Shown here: positions 55,658-64,000 of the stretch, piece after piece
Numbering within the stretch: the stretch's first letter is position 1
Layout of the letters: the number at the start of each line of letters is the position of its first letter
Assembly: GCA_043228905.1 (NCBI GenBank)
Contig: JBHGNT010000010.1
Location: 8,370,001 to 8,434,000 of the forward strand
From: Azolla caroliniana
Taxonomy: Eukaryota > Plantae > Polypodiophyta
Direction of reading: 5' to 3'
DNA: 64,000 bases
Made by a program: the position numbers and the translations under genes
Notes under the pieces: model-generated
Seen by the model: only the letters and a program-made list of their open reading frames with translations
What the model was told of the DNA's origin: nothing
Database searches by the model: none

Positions 55658-58197
55658 TTTGACGTTTTCTTCCGCCTGCTCCTTGTAATGCGTCAATTGC
55701 CTTTGATATGTGCTTTGTAATTTTTGCAATACCGTTGACGCTCTGTCCTTTTCTTCATGTTGCTGCCTCTAGAGCTCCATCCGGACCTTCTCCGCCTCGT
55801 CCAACCGTCTTGTATTTTCCGTCGACGAGCGCCGTCGCCGCCCGATCAACTTCCTGATGGAGCTCGGCCACCCGTTCCTTATGCTCCGTTTCCAGCCGTT
55901 TGTAGTCCCGATGCAGGTGCTCAAAATCATCTGTCTTTTGCATGAGCCGTACGTTGATCTGTCGACGGGCCCGGTCCTCGCGGTCCTTCTGCTGGCGGAG
56001 CTCCTCCTTTAGCCGTTCAATTTCCGTTTCCGCCGTCTTCCGCAACTTGTCCTTTTCCTGCAGCACTTTGTCTTTTTCCTCCCTTAGCCGGTTGTAAGCT
56101 TGATTGCCTTTCCGGAGGCTCTCCTCTGCCCGGCGGAGGTTCTCAGCAGTCTTCTTTAATTCGGCTTCAGCCGCTGTCTTCAATTCCCGTTCACGGCTCC
56201 TTAGCGCTTCTTGTGCGGCCAGTTCATCTCTCAATTCTGCAAGCTCCTGGGCTTGCGCCGCATCTCTCTCTGGGACGGTTTCCATTGCCAGGGTCTTATT
56301 AGTATGTACAGGTTGGTCTGGTTCTTTATTCTGTACACTTACCGGAGTCACCGGTGATTGGATCTGTGTTGCCGTTAAGGCCATTTTGGCCATTTCTGCT
56401 GTGACGTGATCCAAGTCTTTTTCAAGGCACCGGATTCTGGACCGGGCCGTCTCTAGTTGTTCGGTTGTGACGAGAAACCGTTCGCTTTGCGCTCTTTCTT
56501 CCGCCTCAATATACCCCACTGCTCCGGCAATCTGTTCGCCTATCCACCGGAGCCACAAGCTACCGGTGCATTGTTGTTGTGCTTGCACGACAGTTTGACG
56601 GATGGGCTCGCTTGTGGATGGGTGGTCCCGCCTGATTGCGCCGAGTTGCAATTCCGTTTCTGCCCATGGACCACCCTCCTGTCCTGGTTCCCCTTGCGCT
56701 TCTTCTTGGTTGGCCGAGGGAGATTGCATTGACCTTTCCGGCTCTGGCGGAATGGGACTTGCCGGTGGTGCCGGTGGTGTCGGTGGTGCAGGGGCTTCTG
56801 GTTCCGATGCCATACGCACCAGTTCCGGTTCCTCCCTTGGCGTGGGAGTTTCAGTATGGGGAGCCGGTGTTCCCTCTGTCTGAGGGTCCGAACGTTTCCC
56901 GACTGCCTCAACGGTCCTTGCCGACGACCATCGCTGGAGGTGCTCCGTAGGCTCCTCCTCTATTTCCTCTTCCTGAGTCCCGGTATTGAGTTTCGCTGCC
57001 AAGGGGTCCGCTTCTCTATTCACCGGTCGACGGAGTGTGATCTTTACGGGCCGTACCGGTGATTCCTCCTGCGCATCCGTTGGCCGCTTCTGGCTGACGC
57101 TCTCCTTTCCCACCTGTTCTGCGTCTGCCGCCTTCCCCTTAGTGGCCTTAGAGGCCAACAACTGTTGTCTTTTGGAAGCAGTCTTTGGGGTGCCGTCCGC
57201 CACTCTTCCCCACTTCTTGGGCTGGACGGGTGGCACAAGCAAGGTGAGCCACTGCGTTACTGCGTGCCATATCCTCCGTCCGTCTCGGCCTTCTTTGCCG
57301 TCTTTTCCTCTGACGATCTTGATCGCCGCACACAAGTCGTCTGCGATCAATACCGGCCAATCCACCTTGATCCCTTCATAGGTGGCGATGATCATCCCTA
57401 CCCGGTTCTGCGGCATGACAGGGGGTCTAGTGTACACATGGCCGTATTCATGGAGCACATGGGCAATCTCGCGGAACAACATATCTCCGCCGCCCTATGT
57501 CCGGTAGCCCTTGCTAGCTAGGGAGTACTCACCAAAATACTTGATGAGTTGCTCCGAGGTCGGATTGTCGCTCGTGAATATGCCTCCCTCCGGAAGGCCT
57601 ATTAACGCACGGATCGCCTCATCCGTTATGACCTCTGTGTCGATTTCTTTGATCACCTTGTCGGCTTCTTTGTGTGGCGGTGCCTCCATAATCGTCAAGA
57701 AGCCCTCGAGCCCGTGTTGCTTTAGCCATTTCTTGGCGGCTTCCGACAACGTTTGTGGGTCCATGTCTGTGTCGAGGTCAGATTGTGGTGGCGAGGTTGG
57801 ATGGTGATGAGAGTGAGAGTGAGAGAGTTCAGAAAGCGGGGGTTCTCTGTGCGTAGGTTCTCTTCTGATGATCTTCCAGCGCCTTGGTGCTTCTGTGCTC
57901 CTGGGTTCGCGAAAGTAGAGGGTCTCCACGCGCAGTGGTTTTTCTTTGTGCATTCTGGCGCCTTTTTCGAGTGTGTGCACGTCGTGTACTAAAATAGCAT
58001 TATGTCCTGTAGTGGCGCTTAAATGCCCACTACGTACCTTTTCGCTCCTCGCTCTCTCGTCCATTCATACCTCGCTTTTGCATGATTACTTCGCTTTTTT
58101 TAAAATTTTTTTAATGTGGTGTGAGGTTAGTTGTCCGTTGGTCCTATTGGACCCTTACCGGCCTCATTACGGTTTGCCGTCGCCTCATTCTCCCCTA

Positions 58198-61100
58198 TTA
58201 CCGGTTTGCCGTCTCCTCCGTCTTGGGCATCGGTCCTCTATATGGCTTTAATCTGAATCCGTTGACCCATTTGCCTAGCACTTCGCCGACAAGTGTACCT
58301 AACTAGTAGGACCCATTATACTCACGTGTCAGCCAATACGGGCCGGTCCATCTAAACCATAATTTACCCGGCATCTTGCCCATCCGAGTCTGAAATACTA
58401 ACACTGGCTTTCCGATTGTGAACATTTTTTCATTTCCTTTCTTGTGCCGGTCGACAAATGCTTTCTGTCGCCGTTGTTCTAATTCTAAGTGCAGGATGCT
58501 TGCCAGCCATTGTTCCTCGAGTTCACACAACGCTGTTAACCTTATTGCCTCTGACTCCTTCTCGTTCAGCCGTTCCCGTAGCTGGATCCGTAAGCTTGGT
58601 ACTTGGAATTCCACCGGCATGACCGCCTCTAGTCCGAATGCTAACCGGAACGGTGTTGTTCGGATGCTCGTTTTGTATGCTGTCCGGTATGCCCAAAGCG
58701 CGCTATGTAGCTTGGTATCCCAATCCGTTCGGTTTTCGTTGACGAGCTTCCGGAGGATATTCTGGAGCGTTTTGTTCGTCGATTCAGCTAACCCGTTTGC
58801 TTGCGGATAGTACGGTGTGCTCCGTTTATGGACAACGGCATAGAATGTTGTCAGGCTTTCAACTACTTGGCCGAGAAAGTGCCCCCCTTGGTCGCTTATT
58901 AATTCGATTGGGCATCCGTAACGGCACTAGATGTATTCGTATAGAAATTTTGCCGTTGACGCAACGGTGTTGTCTCTTAAGGCTTTGGCCTCCACCCATT
59001 TCGTGCAGTAATCCGTCGCGACGATGACGTACCGATTACTTGTTCTCATTGCCTGTGGTTTGAACGGTCCAACAAAGTCCAACCCCCACTTCTGGAATGG
59101 TTCGAGTGGTAGTACAGGCTGGTGTGGCATCCGAGCCTGCTCCGTTGGCTGACCCATTCGTTGGCATAGGTCACATTCTTTTGCGTACCGTACAACATCT
59201 CTTAATGTCGTTGGCCACCATAGGCCACTTTGCCATATTTTCCTGGCCGTCGCATCTCCGGCATAGTGACCTTCGGCAACTCCGCAGTGGGCTTCCCTCA
59301 GTATGAGGTCCTTTTCATCGCTGCGCATAGCCCGTCTCCATATGTCGTCCACGCCCTTGTGGTAAAGTGTCTCGTAGTAAACAGAAATGTCGGCTTTGCA
59401 CCGCCAGACGTTTCCTTTCGTCCCGGTTCATCTCCTCCGGAGGCAGTCCTGTGCTCATAAACTGGTGCATGTTTGTGAGCCACTTGTCTTCCTGTGCCAC
59501 CGATTCATCTACTGCAGTTTCCGTAGTGACTCGAAACAGCTCCGCATCCGGAAACTCGTCCGCTACTCCGTCGCTCGTCTCTCCGGACTCTAGACGGCTT
59601 AAATAATCCGCTACAGCATGCTGTATACCGGGTCGGTGGAATATTTCGAACTCGAATTCCTGTAACAGTAAGGTCCACCGGGCCAACTTACCGGTGAGTG
59701 ACGCCTTGGACAACAGGTAGAGGAGTGCCGAATGATCTACATGGAAGGAAAACTTCCTTCCCAATAAATAATGCCGAAACTTGTCACACTGTAGATCATC
59801 CCTAGAGCTTCCCGTTCCGTGGTAGAGTAGTTCCGTTCCACTTGGGATAGCTTCCGGCTGGCATAGTACACTGGCCGGTACCACTTTGGCTCCGTAAGCT
59901 GCATCAGTGCGCTTCCGATTGCGATGTCGGAGGCGTCCACGAACACATGAAATTCTTTACTCCAATCCGGAGGCTGCACTGCCGGTGCTTGCAACAATAG
60001 TACTTTGAGGGCCGTATACGCCCTATCCTCGGTGTCTGTCCATTGGAATGATGTTCGATGTACTGCGGCATGCAATGGTGTAGCCAGGTCAGCCAAGTAT
60101 TGGAGCATCCGACTATGCCACCGGATCTGGCCTAAGAACCGGTTCAATGCCTTTGCCATTGCCGGCGCCGGTGCTTCTAATATGGCTTTCACTTTGTCCG
60201 GGTTGACTGCAATACCTTTCTGGCTCACAATATGTCCTAGTAGGGTTCCACTGGACACGCCAAATACACACTTCGCCGGATTCAAGCTTAGCCGGTACGC
60301 TCTACACTTTTCTAGACAAAGACGGAGGTGCTGAAAATGGTCCTCCTCCCGGCTATAGACGGCGAAATCGTCAAGGAAAACCTGCATAAAAGCCGGTATA
60401 TATTCACCAAAGATTTCCATGATGATTCGTTGAAATGTTGCCGGTGCCGTTTTGAGTCCAAACATCATCACCACGGCCACAAACACCCCCCATTCGGTGA
60501 CGAAAGACATTTTCTCTTGGTCGTCTGGGTGCATCCGGATCTGATTATACCCGCTGAATCCGTCTAGAAAGCTATAGACCTCATGGCCGGCAACGACATC
60601 CAGCACTCCATCTGTGAACGGAAGTGGAAACGCATCCGTTACCGTAGCCGCTTTGAGTTTCCTGTAGTCCACACAAACTCGAATTTTTCCGTTCTTCTTC
60701 GGTATGACTACGATCGGGCTCAGCCATGTCGCTTTCTTTACCGGACGGATAAAGCCAACTCTTAGCAGTTTGTTGATTTCCTCCTTGACTTTGGCGGCAT
60801 AATTGGGATTCATCCGGTACCGTCTTTGTGCCACTAGTTTTGCGTCCTTGCTCAAGTGAATCTGATGCTGGTATAACTAAGGGTCGAGCCCTCACATGTC
60901 TTCGTATGACCAGGCAAACACGTCGCGAAATTCCGTGAGAAGTGTGATCATCGCCGTTTTGTCTTCGGACTTCATCTCCTTGGCGATGTGCACCGGTTTT
61001 GCTTCGTTCGTGGTCCCTAGGTTCACCTCTTCAAGTTGCGACGCTTTTACGCGCTATGAAACGGCCATTTCCCGTTCCAACGCTTCCTGTGCTTGCCGTA

Positions 61101-62821
61101 ACTCTCGGATTGCGTCCTTATTTGGTTTTGCTTCAGTCTCTTCCGGCTGTGGTAAGTACGGTGCTACTGCTTCGGCAATGTCAATTTCGAAGAGGGGTAC
61201 GATCTTCGGGTTTTCCTGCCAGTACTGAGCTTCTTCTTCGTCAGCTAACCCTTCTAGCATGTTGACGCACTCTGCACACAACAATGTACATTCCTTGCCA
61301 GTGCTCGTCCTTGGCTGTGTTGGTACACGTACCTTGGCTTTTCCTCGCCGGAAGGTAATTATATTTTTCCTCCAATTCTGTTTGATATGTGTTGTTTTCA
61401 ACCACGACCGCCCCAACAATAGCGGGTACGCGCCTTGTGCCTGTAATTGTAGCACTACTGCCGAGATGTGAAATGTATGACCGCCAACGGTGACTTCTAA
61501 TTTTCGTATTAATCCTGTCGGCTGCACTGAGCTTGTATCGGCCATCCGTAACCAGAATGGACACGGCTCCCACTCGTGGATTCCGAGGGCATCACACGTC
61601 CAGAGGCTTATTACATTCACACCGGAGCCTCCGTCTATTACTGTGCCGGGGAATTCTTTCCCTTTTACAATGGTAGTAATTACCGGACTGTTGGTGTCCA
61701 CCACCGTTGGTCCCTCCTCCAGATTCGAGAAGAGTACCGGTGCCGGTGATGATTCTCCTTCCATCATGGCTGTCTTCAGTCCTTCCGTGAATCTCGGCAC
61801 GAGCTGTAGGAGTCTTCCTAGTGGCAACGTAATCTGGCATTCTTGCAACGCCTGCCATGTCTTGTTCTCCGAGTGACTGCCGCCGGCAAGCCCTACGGTG
61901 TTCTCCTTTTGCCGCTGTAAGTCTGTTACGTTTTGCTCGTTTGCTTTCTTCACCCATTCCGTCACTTGCTTCCGAATGTTCTCCTGCGTCTCCCATTCCT
62001 TAGCCATGCCCTTCGACCTTGTGGTCACCTGCTGCAGATCTGCCACTTCAGGGACTACCATATTTACTGCCGGTCGTTTGTCATAGCTCTTCGCCAGGCA
62101 TTGATTACTATAATGGCCTTCCTGTCGGCAGTAGTAGCAGTAGGCTTTCTGGGTATTACTGGATTCAGCATTGTTTGTTGTACCCGGGGCATGTCCTGTG
62201 GTAAGCGCGGGGTTTTGGGCCGGTTGGCTGCTTGAAGCTCCTTGTTCCGGATACCGTGGGTGGCCGCCTTTTTTGAAATGCCGTTTTTTGTTATAGTTCT
62301 TCTTATTGCGGTACTCTTCTTGACGAGGTTGGTCATTATATCTGCCGTATTCCTCCCGTTGCTGACGATACCCGGGGGAGTGCTCCCGGTCGTAATGTTC
62401 GTATCGTCTATTGTAATCCCGATACCGATCATATCTATCGTACCAGTCATAGTTATCCCGCCGATCACCGTACCAGACATCATTCTCCCGTCGATCGCCA
62501 TACTGGACATCCTGTGCCGGTCGGTCGCGGTCCATTCGCCGCCAGCGTTCCTCTTCTTCATCCCGGCTACTGCGTGACTCTATTTGTCGGACGAGCGGTG
62601 CTTGCCGGTTCAATAGATTATACTCGCACCTATCCGTCGTATGGCCCTTGGATTGACAGATTACACATTGCGTCCTCATAGTGCATTCTAGTGCCGAGTG
62701 TCCGGAATTCAAGCAGGTTGTGCACTGTATTGCTTGCCGAAACCGGAGGTCTTCATCGGATGGTAACGCCCGTTGGAGTGCTCCGAGTGTGAGCCATGAG
62801 CTTGTCTTTTCTGACGGGAAC
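58198..62821 (-). pseudogene. Gypsy gag-pol with several stops and frameshifts
   Basis: CYYCRQEGHYSNQC; VIDGGSGVNVI; RVCVDYRKL..FLDGFSGYNQI..FLDDF; VDASDIAIG..NYSTTERE; [12 protein letters not shown]; WTGPY..VNGFRLKPY. Confidence 0.93.
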
Positions 62822-64000
62822 TGTACGCTCCCTCTACGCAACGCTCGGCCACAACCGAGCTTAGGATCATACACAGAAAAACGGGAAATAAATTCACGCG
62901 ACACAAAGGAAAGAAAGGGTACACAGAATGTTTGCGTGGAAAACCCAAAGAGGGAAAAAACCACGGCAACCCACACGCTGCAAACTATCACTATGTTGGA
63001 ATGTACAAAGCAGTGAGTTCACGGAGGCAACGACCTCGTACTCACGATCCTCGCCACACACGGCGGTTACCACAGAGGCAGCGACCTCTTTCTCTCTCTC
63101 TCTCTCTCTCTGTACACTATTACGTGCTCTCTCTTCTTCTTGCACCAACAAGAAAATGACAACCACTGTTACTAAAAGTTTGCCCTAAGTCATATTTATA
63201 CTAATATGACTTTTCGGCTATTTACAAATGTAGCCTCGATGGGCTCTCAGAAACATATTTACGAATATGTCTCTTCATCCGGTTCTCACCGGGTCCGTAC
63301 CATCCGGCTCTCCGTAGCCGAGTACTCCTCATCCGGTTCATACCGGGCCTGCACCATCCGGCTCTCCGTAGCCGAGTACTCCTCATCCGGTTCATATCGG
63401 GCCTGCACCATCTGGCTCTCCGTAGCCGAGTAATCCTCATCCGGTTCATACCGGGCCTGCACCATCCGGCTCTTCGTAGCCGGGTACTCCTCATCCGGTT
63501 CATACCGGGCTTGCACCATCCGGCTCTCCGTAGCCGGGTACTCCTCATCCGGTTTCGGCCGAGGCCGATCATTGGCATTGTTCTTCTTCCTTCCCATCCG
63601 GAGGGACCTGTCTCCCAACAAACTCCCCCTTCACTACGGCATGGGGTGTCTTACCAGTCCGATCCTCTTCCGGCATGCGTCCAGCTTGTCGGGTGTCAGC
63701 ACTTTGGTCAGCATATCTGACCCGTTCTCGGTCGTGTGGATCTTCGTCAGTGCGAACTCCTGGTCATCTACTCTTTCCCGGATCTAGTGATACCTACGCT
63801 GGATATGCTTCGTCCGGGAATGGTAGGCCGCATTCTTAGCAAGGTGGATGGCACTTTGACTATCGCAGTAGAGTCGGTATTCCTCTTGTCGGATACCGAG
63901 CTCTCCGATGAAGTCCTTCATCCATAATATTTCCTTGCCGGCTTCCACAGCCGCCATGTACTCCGCCTCTGTGGTTGACAATGCAACCGTCTTCTGCAGC
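62822..64000 (-). mobile_element. 3' end of a Tnt1/Tork-like Copia (Copia-5) inserted in the Gypsy gag; 3' LTR 62822-63620
   Basis: RH STTEAEYMAAVEAGKE..RTKHIQRRYH; PPT at 63623-63631; LTR shares ctcggccacaaccgag and gtggaaaaccc motifs with Copia-2 and Copia-3. Confidence 0.92.
63275..63553. repeat. 54-bp tandem repeat x5 plus a partial unit in the Copia-5 U3
   Basis: Units start at 63275, 63329, 63383, 63437 and 63491: tcatccggttcataccgggcctgcaccatccggctctccgtagccgagtactcc. Confidence 0.95.

Larger units (their letters stand above)
51599..57764 (-). pseudogene. Extra ORF of the host Gypsy (globular N-terminal domain, P/E-rich linker, long coiled coil), split by the 52266-55657 insert
   Basis: MDPQTL..IRALIGLPEGG..YEGIKVDWPVLIADDL; the frame rejoins across the TSD as YKEQAEENVK|IIKQLKEE; ends EQSILDILDEE*. 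Confidence 0.85.
51110..62821 (-). mobile_element. Ty3/Gypsy non-chromovirus (Athila/Phygy-like) element: gag-pol, extra ORF and 3' LTR; 5' part lies outside the window
   Basis: Domain order gag(3x CCHC)-PR-RT-RH-INT; no chromodomain or archaeal RNase H seen; LTR 51110-51543 with TGTTA..TAACA termini. Confidence 0.92.

Noticed and set aside
61054-62991. 645-aa ORF with a hydrophobic N terminus, read as an env-like or membrane protein
   Set aside because: The first ~57 codons are read from the inserted Copia-5 LTR; the rest is ordinary Gypsy gag-protease.
63275-63553. Regular repeats resembling a CRISPR array
   Set aside because: Head-to-tail 54-bp units with no unique spacers, inside a eukaryotic LTR.

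Overview
Repeat-dense nuclear DNA from a land plant; a seed-free plant such as a fern is plausible, but the species cannot be read from the sequence. It holds one intact host gene, a 6-exon Ded1/DDX3-type DEAD-box RNA helicase (33402->29136, minus, 731 aa, GC-AG first intron). Other non-TE pieces are an orphan scramblase-like exon and a decayed rbcL plastid insertion. The rest is nested transposons: an RTEX-like LINE, an intron-containing Sola2-like transposase relic, eight or more Ty1/Copia elements or fragments (three with 5-bp TSDs), two solo LTRs, and a Ty3/Gypsy non-chromovirus element with an extra coiled-coil ORF. Three signals stand out. (1) In the Gypsy family the polypurine tract before the 3' LTR is replaced, in all three copies, by a tRNA-Arg 3'-end sequence (an inverted PBS), suggesting tRNA-primed plus-strand synthesis or an inside-out element. 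(2) A fold-back derivative of that family with 556-bp inverted arms is integrated with a 5-bp TSD into the homologous ORF of a relative. (3) A solo-LTR family carries a tRNA-Lys-derived Pol III cassette with a compensatory base-pair change between copies. All coordinates and family assignments were made by eye without database searches.
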